Source of the DNA: an uncultured Deinococcaceae bacterium
GTDB lineage: Bacteria; Deinococcota; Deinococci; Deinococcales; Deinococcaceae
Length of the DNA: 64,000 bases
Reading direction: 5' to 3'
Assembly: GCA_964252075.1 (NCBI GenBank)
Contig: CAXULY010000023.1
Location: 1 to 64,000 of the forward strand
The notes below the pieces were generated by a model, which was not told the origin of the DNA, ran no database searches, and saw only the letters and a program-made list of their open reading frames with translations. Both the position numbers and the translations under genes were made by a program. This document shows, one piece after another, positions 10,256 through 21,173 of this stretch (positions are counted from its first letter, which is position 1; every line of letters starts with the position of its first letter).

Positions 10256-11473
10256 TCAGCGCGCGGCGGCGGGCGCGGTGCGGGTGGGGTAGCCGCCGCC
10301 GCCCTGCTGCGTGCCGCGCTCCGCGGCGACGCGTTGCTGGTAGCCGCCCTCGCGGTGCGCGCGGATGGGGTCGGCGGGCAGGCCGCGCGACGCGCGCCAT
10401 TCGGCGAGCAGGGGGCGCACGTCGGTCTGGAAGGCCGCCATGAGGGTGCGGTGCGCTTCCAGCACGTCGCCACTCGCCTGCGCCGCCGCGAGCGCCGCGC
10501 GGTCCACGAGGAGCGCCTTCGCGTAGGCTTCCTGCACGTTCAGGACGCTCTGCAGCATGGCCTCCACTTTCGGCTCGATGTTGTGGCTCTGGTCGATCAT
10601 GTACGCCACGCCCCGCGCGGTGGCGCGCGTGAGGGCGTCGTCGCTCTGCTCGGCGCCCACGAGTTCCGCGTAGATACAGAACAGCTCGAAGGGGTTGGTG
10701 GTGCCCACGATCAGGTCATCGTCCGCGTAACGCCGCGCGTTGAAGTGGAAGCCCCCGAGGCGGCCCTCGTCCAGCAGGAACGCGACGATCTGCTCGATGT
10801 TCACGCCCTGCGCGTGGTGCCCGAGGTCCACGAGGACCTGCGCGCGCTCCCCGATGGCGAGGCAGTGCGCGAACGCGGCGCCCCAGTCGAAGAGGTCGGT
10901 GGCGTAGAAGGCGGGCTCGAACAGCTTGTACTCGACGAGCATCCGCGCACCTTCGGGGAGGGCGTCGTGCACCTGTCGCAGGGCCTCGCGCACGCGGCGT
11001 TTGCGGGCGCGCAGGTCGTCCTGCCCGGCGTAGTTCGTGCCGTCCGCGAACCACAGGCTGAGGTCGCGGCTGCCCGTTTCGCACATGATGCGCACGCAGT
11101 CCAGCAGGTGCTCGGTGGCCTGCGCGCGCACGCCCGCGTCCGGGTGGGCGATGCTGCCGAGGCGGTACGCCTCCTCCTGGAAGACGTTCGGGTTGATCGC
11201 GCCGATCTCCAGGCCGCGCGCCTGCGCGTGCTGCCGCAGCGCGCCGTAGTCCTCGACGGCGTCCCAGGGGATGTGCAGGGCGACGCTGGGCGCGATGCCG
11301 GTGAGGCGCTGCACTTCGGCGGCGTCGTCGAGCTTTTCAAACACGTCGCGGGCCGCGCCGGGCGCCGCGAAGGTCTTGAAGCGCGTGCCGGAGTTCCCGT
11401 AGCCCCAGGAGGGCGTCTCGATGCGCTGGCGGGCGAGGGCGGCGGACAGGGCGTCGGTGAGTTGCGGCGTCAT
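10256..11473 (-). CDS. rhaI: L-rhamnose isomerase (RhaI type)
   Basis: [51 protein letters not shown]. Confidence 0.92.
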   Translation of the reverse strand: MTPQLTDALSAALARQRIETPSWGYGNSGTRFKTFAAPGAARDVFEKLDDAAEVQRLTGIAPSVALHIPWDAVEDYGALRQHAQARGLEIGAINPNVFQEEAYRLGSIAHPDAGVRAQATEHLLDCVRIMCETGSRDLSLWFADGTNYAGQDDLRARKRRVREALRQVHDALPEGARMLVEYKLFEPAFYATDLFDWGAAFAHCLAIGERAQVLVDLGHHAQGVNIEQIVAFLLDEGRLGGFHFNARRYADDDLIVGTTNPFELFCIYAELVGAEQSDDALTRATARGVAYMIDQSHNIEPKVEAMLQSVLNVQEAYAKALLVDRAALAAAQASGDVLEAHRTLMAAFQTDVRPLLAEWRASRGLPADPIRAHREGGYQQRVAAERGTQQGGGGYPTRTAPAAAR

Positions 11474-12273
11474 GCAAAACCTCCGGGGGCCAGCACCAGC
11501 CGCACGTCGGCGGCGTCCAGCGCGGCGCGGTACGCGTCGGGCGGGGGGTCGTCGGTGATGAGCGCCTCGACCTGCTCCGTCGTGGCGATGGTGGCGAGCG
11601 CGCGCCGCCCGAACTTGGTGTGGTCGAGCAGGGCGTAAGCGCTCGCGCCCGCGCGAATGAGGGTCTGCTTGGCGCCCACCTCCGGCAGGTGCGGGTCGGT
11701 GAAGCCGGTGGCGGGCGTGAAGCCCTTGGCGGAGAAGAACACCTTGTCGGGGTGCAGGCGCTGCATGGTGTCCATGAAGAAGCCCCCCACGAAGCTGCGG
11801 GCGGGCGCGTGGAAGTTGCCGCCCACCATGAAGAAGGGCACGCCGCCCGCCGCGAGAACCTCGGCGGCGTCCAGGCCGCAGGCGATGGCCTGCACCTGCT
11901 TTGAGGGCAGCAGGCGCGCGAGGGCGAGGCTGGTGGTGCTGGCGTCGAGCGCGACGGTGTCGCCGTCCTGGATGAGGTCGAGGGCGGCGCGCGCGATGCG
12001 GTCCTTGGCGTCCACGTTCTGCGCGGCGCGCAGCTGGTGGGAGAGCTCCTCGCCGGTGCGGCTCTTGAGGCGCGCGCCGCCGTGCACGCGTTCCAGCAGG
12101 CCCTGCTCACACAGGGCGTCGAGGTCGCGGCGGACGGTCATCTCGTGCACGCCGTACTCGGTGGCGAGGTCGCGCACGCGCAGCACGCGATCCATCACGG
12201 CGCGGCGCAGGATGTCCTGCTGCCGTTCCGTGCCGCGGAAGTTGGACACGGTCACTGCTGCCTCGTTGACCAT
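11470..12273 (-). CDS. DeoR/GlpR-family transcriptional regulator of the rha locus
   Basis: HTH ...[13 protein letters not shown]...RVHGGA; DASTTS; DHTKFG. Confidence 0.92.
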   Translation of the reverse strand: MVNEAAVTVSNFRGTERQQDILRRAVMDRVLRVRDLATEYGVHEMTVRRDLDALCEQGLLERVHGGARLKSRTGEELSHQLRAAQNVDAKDRIARAALDLIQDGDTVALDASTTSLALARLLPSKQVQAIACGLDAAEVLAAGGVPFFMVGGNFHAPARSFVGGFFMDTMQRLHPDKVFFSAKGFTPATGFTDPHLPEVGAKQTLIRAGASAYALLDHTKFGRRALATIATTEQVEALITDDPPPDAYRAALDAADVRLVLAPGGFA

Positions 12274-12283
12274 GCCGCCAATC

Positions 12284-12341
12284 TAACACCAAACGAACAC
12301 AAACTGACAAGGCCTTGCAAAGTTTTGTGCTTCGGTGTTGA
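12284..12341. promoter_or_regulatory. AT-rich divergent control region with candidate DeoR operator repeats
   Basis: Tandem AACACCAAAC/AACACAAAC with an inverted counterpart GTTTTGTG..GGTGTT between the divergent rha operons. Confidence 0.55.
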
Positions 12342-12460
12342 ATGGACGCCAGCACCACACCTCAGCAGCGCTGCGCTCCACGCCCGTGGGCCAGCCACCC
12401 GCGGCCCTCCCCGGCCACCGCACCCCGGCTGCACCCCAGCCCACCCGTGTTCGGAGACGC

Positions 12461-12788
12461 ATGACCCAAAGCCAACACCAGCGTGTGTGTTTTCTGCTCC
12501 AGGTCCGCCCGGACCGCCTCGACGAGTACCGGGCGCGCCACGCCGCCGTGTGGCCCGACATGCTCGACGCCCTGAAAGGCACCGGCTGGCACAATTACTC
12601 GCTGTTCCTGCGTGGTGACGGCCTGCTCGTCGGGTACTTCGAGACGCCCAGCCTTGAGGCGGCGCTCGCGGGCATGGCGGCGCGCGAGGTGAACGAGCGC
12701 TGGCAGGCCAGCATGGCGCCCTTCTTCGAGGGCCTCGACGGCCGCGCGCCCGACCAGGGCTTCCTCACGCTCACGGAGGTGTTCCACC

Positions 12789-12796
<8 letters not shown>
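12461..12796 (+). CDS. rhaM: L-rhamnose mutarotase
   Basis: [15 protein letters not shown]...[24 protein letters not shown]. Confidence 0.92.
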
Positions 12797-14308
<1,512 letters not shown>

Positions 14309-14312
<4 letters not shown>

Positions 14313-15331
14313 CCGCGCACACCGAGGCGCCCCGCGCGCGCGCCCAGAACCGCCTCCTCGCGAGCCTGCTGCGCGCGCGCGAGCTGAGCCTCGTGGGCCT
14401 GCTGGCCCTGCTGATCGCCGGGACGGCCATCGCGAACCCGCGTTTCGTGGAGGCGCAGAGCCTGCGCGACCTGCTGCTGAACGTCGCGATCATCGCGCTC
14501 CTGGTGGTTGGCGAGACGCTGGTGCTGCTGATGCGGCACGTGGACCTCAGCGTGAGCAGCGTGGTGGGCCTCACGGCCTTCCTGGCGGGCAGCACCTTCG
14601 CCACGCACCCCGGCGTGCCCGTGCTGCTGGTCGTGGCGGGCGCCATCCTGCTCGGCGCCGTGCTGGGCGCGGTGAACGGCGCGCTCGTCGCGTACGGGCA
14701 GGTGCCCGCGCTCGTCGCGACGCTCGGCACGCTGTACGTGTTCCGCGGCGTGGATTACGCCATCGTGCACGGCGGGCAGATCAACGCCAGCAACCTCCCC
14801 CCCGCCTTCCTGGGCTTCGCGACGGGCAGCGTGCTGGGCGTGCCGTACCTGGTGCTGCTGGTGCTGCTGGTCCTCGTGATCTTCGCGGTGTACCTCCGCA
14901 GCTACCGCGGCGGGCGGGAGTACTACGCGGTCGGCGGGAACGCCGAGGCGGCGCGCCTCGCGGGCATCAGCGTGAACCGGCGCGTCATGACGGGCTTCGT
15001 GCTGTCCGGCGCCATCGCGGGCCTCGCGGGCGTGCTGTTCCTCGCGCGCTACGGCACGGTGGACGCCACCGCCGGCACCGGCCTGGAACTGCAGGTCGTC
15101 GCGGCGGCCGTGGTGGGCGGCGTCGCCATCACGGGCGGCGTGGGCACCCTGGCGGGCGCCGGGCTGGGCGCGCTGCTGCTCGGCACCATCGGGAGCGCGC
15201 TCGTCACGCTGCGCGCCCCGGCCTTCTGGCAGCAGGCCATCCAGGGCGCGCTGCTGCTCCTCGCAATCAGCGTGGACGTGGTGCTCGCGCGGCGCGCGGC
15301 GCGCGCCCTGCAACAGCGGAGCCGCTCGTGA
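14309..15331 (+). CDS. Rhamnose ABC transporter permease 1
   Basis: [45 protein letters not shown] overlaps the upstream stop. Confidence 0.9.
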
Positions 15332-15471
15332 AGGCGGCGGTGAGCGCCCTTGGGGCGCCCTTCCTCAAGGGCGCCCACCCGAGTGGATGCGAGCGACCGA
15401 CGCGAACAGCGGGCGGAGTGGACGTGGTGGCGGAGACCTGCCGCCACGGGAACGGAGGCCCGCTGTGAAGG
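15328..15471. repeat. Small non-coding inserted element (MITE/REP-like) flanked by GTGAAGG direct repeats
   Basis: GTGAAGG at 15328-15334 and 15465-15471; two internal hairpins and a CGAGTGGATGCGAG core. Confidence 0.55.
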
Positions 15472-16460
15472 GCCTGCGGAGTCTGCTGGGGTGGGAGGCC
15501 AGCCTCCTTGTGGCGCTGGTGGTCGCGCTGCTGGTGGGGTGGCGCCTCTCGGACGCCTTCCTGACGGGCCCGAACCTCTCGAACCTCACCGCGAACCTCT
15601 CCGAGGTGGCGCTGATGGCGCTCAGCATGACGCTGCTCATCATCGTCGCGGAGATCGACCTGTCCGTCGCGAGCACGCTGGGCCTCACGAGTTCGCTGCT
15701 GGGCGTGCTGTGGGGCCTGCACCTGCCCATGCCGCTGTGCATCCTGCTGGCGATCCTGGCGGGCGGCGCGGCGGGCCTCGTGAACGGCCTGCTCGTCACG
15801 CGCCTCGGCCTGCCCTCGCTCGCCGTCACGATCGGCACGCTCGCCCTGTACCGCGGCCTCGCGTACGCGCTGCTCGGGGACCGCGCCGTCGCGGACTTCC
15901 CGGCGTTCTACACGAACCTGGGCTTCGGGGTGGTGCCGGGCACGCAGGTGCCCATCCCCATCGCGCTGTTCCTGGTGCTGGCGGTGGTGTTCGTGATCGT
16001 GCTGCACGCCACGCCCTTCGGGCGCTCGCTGTACGCGATCGGCGCGAGCGAGGTCGCGGCGCGCTTTGCGGGCCTGAGAGTGGAACGCACGAAACTCCTG
16101 CTGTTCGTGCTGTCCGGCCTGATGTCGGGCCTCGCAGGCGTGGTGTTCACTTTCCGCTTCTCCAGCGCCCGCGCGGACAACGCCGTGGGCTTCGAGCTGA
16201 GCGTCATCGCAGCGGTCCTGCTGGGCGGCGTGAGCATCTTCGGCGGGCGCGGCAGCGTGATCGGCGTGATCACGGCGGTGTTCCTGATTGGCGTCATCAA
16301 CGGCGCCCTGACGCTGGTGGACGTCTCGAACGAAATCCTGACCATCGTGACGGGCGTGCTGCTCATCCTGTCGGTCCTCGGTCCCAACCTCGCGGGGCGC
16401 GTGCGCGCCGCGCGTGAAAAACGCCGCGCGGGGCAACTCGCGCGCGGCGAACGCGCCTGA
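15465..16460 (+). CDS. Rhamnose ABC transporter permease 2
   Basis: EIDLSVAS, LPSLAVTIGTLALYRG, GFELSVIAAVLLGGVSIFGGRG. Confidence 0.9.
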   Translation: MKGLRSLLGWEASLLVALVVALLVGWRLSDAFLTGPNLSNLTANLSEVALMALSMTLLIIVAEIDLSVASTLGLTSSLLGVLWGLHLPMPLCILLAILAGGAAGLVNGLLVTRLGLPSLAVTIGTLALYRGLAYALLGDRAVADFPAFYTNLGFGVVPGTQVPIPIALFLVLAVVFVIVLHATPFGRSLYAIGASEVAARFAGLRVERTKLLLFVLSGLMSGLAGVVFTFRFSSARADNAVGFELSVIAAVLLGGVSIFGGRGSVIGVITAVFLIGVINGALTLVDVSNEILTIVTGVLLILSVLGPNLAGRVRAAREKRRAGQLARGERA

Positions 16461-16494
16461 ACCCATTCGCAGCTCCACGTTTCAAGGAGGAAGT

Positions 16495-17496
16495 ATGCAC
16501 GCACGCAAGGTTCTCACCACCGCCCTGGCCGTCACCGTCGCCCTCACCGCCGCCGGCCTCGCCCAGACCACCCTCAAGAAGGGCCTGAAGATCGCGTTCC
16601 TGCCGAAGCAGATCAACAACCCCTACGAGGTCATCGCGGACAACGGCGGCCTCGCCGCCATCAAGGAATTCGGCGGGACCGGCAAGGCCGTCGGGCCGTC
16701 GGACGCGGGCGCGAGCAGTCAGGTGAGTTACATCAACACCCTGATCGCGCAGCGGCAGGACGCCATCGTGATCGCCGCGAACGACCCGAACGCGCTCGTG
16801 CCGTACCTGAAGCGCGCCATGCAGGGCGGCACGAAGGTCGTGACCTTCGACTCGGACACCGCGCCGGAGGGCCGCAACCTGTTCATCAACCAGGCGAACA
16901 GCGAGGGCATCGGGCGCGCGCAGGTGCAGCTGCTCGGGAAGCTCATCAATTACAAGGGTGAGATCGCGATTCTGTCCGCCACGCCGAACGCCACGAACCA
17001 GAACACCTGGATCAGGTACATGCAGGAGGAACTCAAGAAGCCCGCATACAAGGACATGAAGCTCGTCAAGATCGCGTACGGCAACGACGACGACCAGAAG
17101 TCCTTCACGGAGATGCAGGGCCTCCTGCAGGCGTACCCGAACCTGAAGGGCGTCATCTCGCCCACCACGGTGGGCATCTCGGCAGGCGCGCGCTACCTCT
17201 CCACCAGCCCCATGAAGGGCAAGGTGATGCTCACGGGCCTCGGCACGCCGAACCAGATGCGGCAGTTCGTGAAGGACGGCACCGTGACGGCCTTCCAGCT
17301 GTGGAACCCCGCGGACCTCGGGTACCTCGCCGCGTACGCCGCGGCGGCGCTCGCGTCCAACCAGATCACCGGGAAGGCAGGCGAGACCTTCACCGCCGGG
17401 AAGCTCGGGAAGTACACGGTCGGGAAGAACGGCGAGGTCGTGCTGGGCCCCCCCACCACCTTCGACAAGAACAACATCGACAAGTTCAACTTCTAA
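16495..17496 (+). CDS. Rhamnose ABC transporter substrate-binding protein
   Basis: Signal peptide; LPKQINNPY, ATNQNTWI, YGNDDDQKS, TGLGTPN; AAGGAGG RBS. Confidence 0.92.
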   Translation: MHARKVLTTALAVTVALTAAGLAQTTLKKGLKIAFLPKQINNPYEVIADNGGLAAIKEFGGTGKAVGPSDAGASSQVSYINTLIAQRQDAIVIAANDPNALVPYLKRAMQGGTKVVTFDSDTAPEGRNLFINQANSEGIGRAQVQLLGKLINYKGEIAILSATPNATNQNTWIRYMQEELKKPAYKDMKLVKIAYGNDDDQKSFTEMQGLLQAYPNLKGVISPTTVGISAGARYLSTSPMKGKVMLTGLGTPNQMRQFVKDGTVTAFQLWNPADLGYLAAYAAAALASNQITGKAGETFTAGKLGKYTVGKNGEVVLGPPTTFDKNNIDKFNF

Positions 17497-17608
17497 GGAC
17501 CGCCCAGTCCATCCCCACGCGCGTTCAAGCGCCCGCCCCTGAAGTTCCTGAGGCCCGTCCCATGTGCTGGGCGGGCCTCTCCCCTGCCCCACGAAGGAGA
17601 CGCACGTC

Positions 17609-19039
17609 ATGACCGACGCTTCACCCGTCCGCATCGGCCTGTTCGGCATCGGGCTGGACACCTACTGGCCGCAGTTCGAGGGCCTGCACGAGCGCCTCAC
17701 CGGGTCCGTGCAGGAGGTCGCCGCCCGCCTCGCGCGGCCCGGCGTGGAGGTCGTGAACGCCGGGCTGGTGGACACGGTGGACCGCGCCTTCGAGGCGGGG
17801 CAGCACTTCCGGGAGCGCGGCGTGGACCTGATCTTCCTGCACGTCACGACGTACGCGCTGTCCGCGACGGTGCTGCCCGTCGTGCAGCGCGCGAAGGTGC
17901 CCGTGGTGATCCTGAACCTGCAACCCGAGGCGGCCATCGATTACGCGCGATTCAACGCGCTGGGGGACCGCACGCGCATGACGGGCGACTGGCTGGCCTT
18001 CTGCGCTGCGTGCCCCGTGCCGGAGATCGCGAACGTGTTCGGGCGGGCGGGCGTGCCGTTTCATCAGGTGACGGGCGTGCTGCGCGGCGACGCGCACGTG
18101 TGGCGCGAGGTGGACGCCTGGGTGGACGCCGCGCGCGTCGCGCACCGCATGGCCTTCAACCGCCTGGGCGTGATGGGGCACTACTACGGCGGCATGCTGG
18201 ACATCTACAGCGACCTGACCCTGCAGGTCGCGAGTTTCGGCGGGCACGTGCAGATGCTGGAGGTGGACGAGCTGACGGCGCTGCGGGACGAGGTGACGGA
18301 CGCGGACGCCGAGGCGCGCGTGCAGGTGTTCCAAGAAACCTTCGACGTGCAGCCGGACTGCGCGCCTGCGGAACTCACGCGCGCGGCGCGCACGTCCCTG
18401 GCGCTGGACGCGCTGGTGGAGCGCCACCGCCTGGGGTCGCTGGCGTACTACGCGCACTCCGTGCCGGGCCACCCGAACGAGGACGTGATGACCTCCGTGA
18501 TCCTGGGGTGCTCGCTGCTCACGGCGCGCGGCGTACCCGTCGCGGGCGAGTACGAGGTGAAGAACGCGCAGGCCATGAAGATCATGGACCTGCTGGGCGC
18601 GGGCGGGTCGTTCACGGAGTACTACGCGCTGGACTTCACGGACGACGTGGTGCTGATGGGGCACGACGGCCCCGGCCATGCGGGCATCGTGGAGGGCAAG
18701 ACGAAGGTGCGGCCCCTCACGGTGTACCATGGGAAGGTCGGGGCGGGCCTGAGCGTGGAGATGTCCGTGCGGCACGGGCCCGTCACGCTGCTCTCGGTGA
18801 TTGAGCGCGCTGGGCGCCTCGCGCTGCTGGTCGCGGAGGCGGAGAGCGTGCCCGGCCCGATCCTGGAGATCGGGAACACCAACAGCCGCTACCGCTTCCC
18901 CATCGGCGCGCGCGCCTTCGTGGAGCGCTGGAACGCCGAGGGGCCCGCGCACCACTGCGCGATCGGGGTGGGGCACCGCGCGAACGAACTGCGCAAGCTC
19001 GGGGCGCTCCTGGGCCTGGAGACCGTGCAGGTCTGCTGA
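17609..19039 (+). CDS. L-fucose/L-arabinose isomerase family protein
   Basis: GLDTYWPQF, GMLDIYSD, AGEYEVKN, GSFTEYY, MGHDGPGH, HHCAIGVGH. Confidence 0.85.
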   Translation: MTDASPVRIGLFGIGLDTYWPQFEGLHERLTGSVQEVAARLARPGVEVVNAGLVDTVDRAFEAGQHFRERGVDLIFLHVTTYALSATVLPVVQRAKVPVVILNLQPEAAIDYARFNALGDRTRMTGDWLAFCAACPVPEIANVFGRAGVPFHQVTGVLRGDAHVWREVDAWVDAARVAHRMAFNRLGVMGHYYGGMLDIYSDLTLQVASFGGHVQMLEVDELTALRDEVTDADAEARVQVFQETFDVQPDCAPAELTRAARTSLALDALVERHRLGSLAYYAHSVPGHPNEDVMTSVILGCSLLTARGVPVAGEYEVKNAQAMKIMDLLGAGGSFTEYYALDFTDDVVLMGHDGPGHAGIVEGKTKVRPLTVYHGKVGAGLSVEMSVRHGPVTLLSVIERAGRLALLVAEAESVPGPILEIGNTNSRYRFPIGARAFVERWNAEGPAHHCAIGVGHRANELRKLGALLGLETVQVC

Positions 19040-19066
19040 AGGCACCCTGCGCGCGAAACCGCTAGG

Positions 19067-19534
19067 GTGAGGATCATGCACCTGAGGGGGCGGTGGCGGG
19101 TCCAGCGCTGGCTGGCGGCGCTGCTGTGCCTCCTCGCGTCCTTCGCGTACCTGAACCGCGAGCCGGACGGAGCGCGCACACCGGGCACCAGCGTGAGCGC
19201 CCGCATGGCGTCCATGCCGATGAGCGAGGCGCGCGCGCAGGCCGAAACGCCGCCCACCGCGCCGGAGGTGCAGGGCACCGCGCCACCCTGCGCGCATGAC
19301 CCCGCGCCGCGCGCCCCCGCGCTGGATCACGGCGGGCCGAACGCCCCCCCGCACGACCACGCCGCGCACTGCCCGTTCTGCTTCACGGCGGCCTTCGCGC
19401 TGGAGGCGCCAGGGGTCGCGCTGCCCGCGCCGGAGGGCGCGCGCCTTGAGCGCCCGCTGCCCGCCCGGCCCGAGCACACGCCGCGCGTCCAGACCCACGC
19501 GGACGCGCGCGCCCCGCCACTCGCGGGCGCCTGA
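19067..19534 (+). CDS. DUF2946-like protein with CxxC and C-terminal RAPP motif (CruR/CutF-like)
   Basis: N-terminal TM/signal segment, HDHAAHCPFC, C-terminal ARAPP. Confidence 0.75.
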   Translation: MRIMHLRGRWRVQRWLAALLCLLASFAYLNREPDGARTPGTSVSARMASMPMSEARAQAETPPTAPEVQGTAPPCAHDPAPRAPALDHGGPNAPPHDHAAHCPFCFTAAFALEAPGVALPAPEGARLERPLPARPEHTPRVQTHADARAPPLAGA

Positions 19535-19658
19535 GCGACCACCGCCTTGGGTGGTCGCACGGCGGCGTTGTGGCGGCGGCCCACCTGGCCGCGCCCCGGC
19601 GCGCACCCACCGCTTTCCGAGCGGTCCTGGGTTTCCCTACACCACCCTGAGGTTCAGC

Positions 19659-20099
19659 ATGAAAGCACTGATTGCCACGCTGCTCGCCCTGAGCTTGTCC
19701 GGCGCGCTCGCGCACGCCGTCGTCCGCACGGAACTCGGCGGCACCGAGAGCGCCGCGGGCAAGTCCGAAACCTACCGCCTGCAGGTGCCCGTCGAGAAGG
19801 ACGCGGACACCACCACCGTGCGCCTCACCGTCCCGGCGGGCCTGAAGTTCTCGCGCCTCATGCCGACGCCCGGCTGGACGTGGACCGCCGAGAAGGACGC
19901 GAACGGCAACGTCACGGCCATCACCTGGACGGGCGACGCGAAACCCATGGAGTTCGTGCGCTTCTACTTCCAGGCCACCAACCCCGCCGACCCCGGTGAG
20001 TTCGCGTGGCGGGTGGACCAGACCTACGCGGACGGCACGGTCGTGCACTGGGACGACACGGACCCCACCACGCCCGCCAGCAGGACCACGGTGAAGTGA
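19659..20099 (+). CDS. YcnI/DUF1775 copper-binding exported protein
   Basis: Signal peptide ending ALA-H; LQVPVEK, PGWT, ITWTG, QTYADGTVVHW. Confidence 0.85.
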   Translation: MKALIATLLALSLSGALAHAVVRTELGGTESAAGKSETYRLQVPVEKDADTTTVRLTVPAGLKFSRLMPTPGWTWTAEKDANGNVTAITWTGDAKPMEFVRFYFQATNPADPGEFAWRVDQTYADGTVVHWDDTDPTTPASRTTVK

Positions 20100-20109
20100 G
20101 GGCGCGGCC

Positions 20110-20718
20110 GTGAGTTCCGTTCGCGCCGCCCGCCCGCGCGCCCGCCGCCTGCCCGCGTGGGCGCCGTGGGCGCTCGGGCTGGCTGCGCCGCTGGGGGCGG
20201 ACCTGGTCCTGCGCGCGCTGTACGACCCGGCGTCGCACACCTTCCAGCAGCGCGAGGCGGAGGTGACGGGCTGGCTGAGCCTCGCGGCGCTGCTGCTGGT
20301 GCTGGCCTCCCGGCCCCTGCGGCTCGTCACGTACCGCCGCGCGCTGGGCCTCGCGGCCTTCGGGTACGCCCTGCTGCACGTGGTGTTCAGCTACACCGGG
20401 GTGCTGGGCGCGGACGTGCAGAACCTGCTGTTCGTGAGCCGCAGCGATCAGGCGGGGTGGGCGCTGGGCCTCGCGGCGCTCGTCGGCCTCCTGCCACTGG
20501 CGCTCACCTCCACGAACGCCGCGATGCGCCGCCTCGGGCCGCGCTGGAAGGCCCTGCACGCGCTGGGGCCCTGGATGACCCTGCTGGCCGCGCTGCACAC
20601 CGTGTGGCTCGGCGTGCATTTCGGCCTGAACCCGCTCGCCTGGACGAGCGTGGCGCTGCTGCTCCTCACCGCGCTGGCCCTGCTGGGACGGCGCCGAAAG
20701 GTGGAACGAATCGCATGA
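20110..20718 (+). CDS. Ferric reductase-like transmembrane protein (MsrQ-like)
   Basis: RRALGLAAFGYALLH, LALTSTN..MRRLG.RWKALH, second His in AALH. Confidence 0.82.
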   Translation: MSSVRAARPRARRLPAWAPWALGLAAPLGADLVLRALYDPASHTFQQREAEVTGWLSLAALLLVLASRPLRLVTYRRALGLAAFGYALLHVVFSYTGVLGADVQNLLFVSRSDQAGWALGLAALVGLLPLALTSTNAAMRRLGPRWKALHALGPWMTLLAALHTVWLGVHFGLNPLAWTSVALLLLTALALLGRRRKVERIA

Positions 20719-21125
20719 AACGACTGCTGACCCTGCTGGCCCTCACGCTCGGCCCCGCCGCCCTCGCGCACGAGATGGTGCACGACGGGAGCGTGGGCGG
20801 CATGCTGCACATCGAGCCGGACGACAACCCGCTGGTGGGCACCGCGAACCCCACGTGGTTCGAGCTGACCCTGCGCGGCGGCGCGCCCCTCACGACCGGC
20901 ACGTGCGCCTGCACCCTCAGCGTGTACGCGGGCACCTACAAACCCGGCGCGAAGGCGCTCAGCACGCCGCCCCTGAAGCTCGACCGTGGGCGCGAGGTGG
21001 CCGCCGTGACCTTCCCGAAGGTCGGCGCGTACACGCTGGTGCTCACCGGCAAACCGAAGTCCGGGACGGCCTTCGCGCCATTCACGCTGCAGTGGGTGGT
21101 GCGTGCGGACACCGCCGGGCAGTGA
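20715..21125 (+). CDS. Exported hypothetical protein with N-terminal His after the signal peptide
   Basis: MKRLLTLLAL..ALA-HEMVH..HIEPDD; ATGA overlap with the upstream gene. Confidence 0.7.
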   Translation: MKRLLTLLALTLGPAALAHEMVHDGSVGGMLHIEPDDNPLVGTANPTWFELTLRGGAPLTTGTCACTLSVYAGTYKPGAKALSTPPLKLDRGREVAAVTFPKVGAYTLVLTGKPKSGTAFAPFTLQWVVRADTAGQ

Positions 21126-21173
21126 CGGCGCGGGGCGGGCACGCGCGGCGTGCCCGCCCCACCACCCGCCTGC

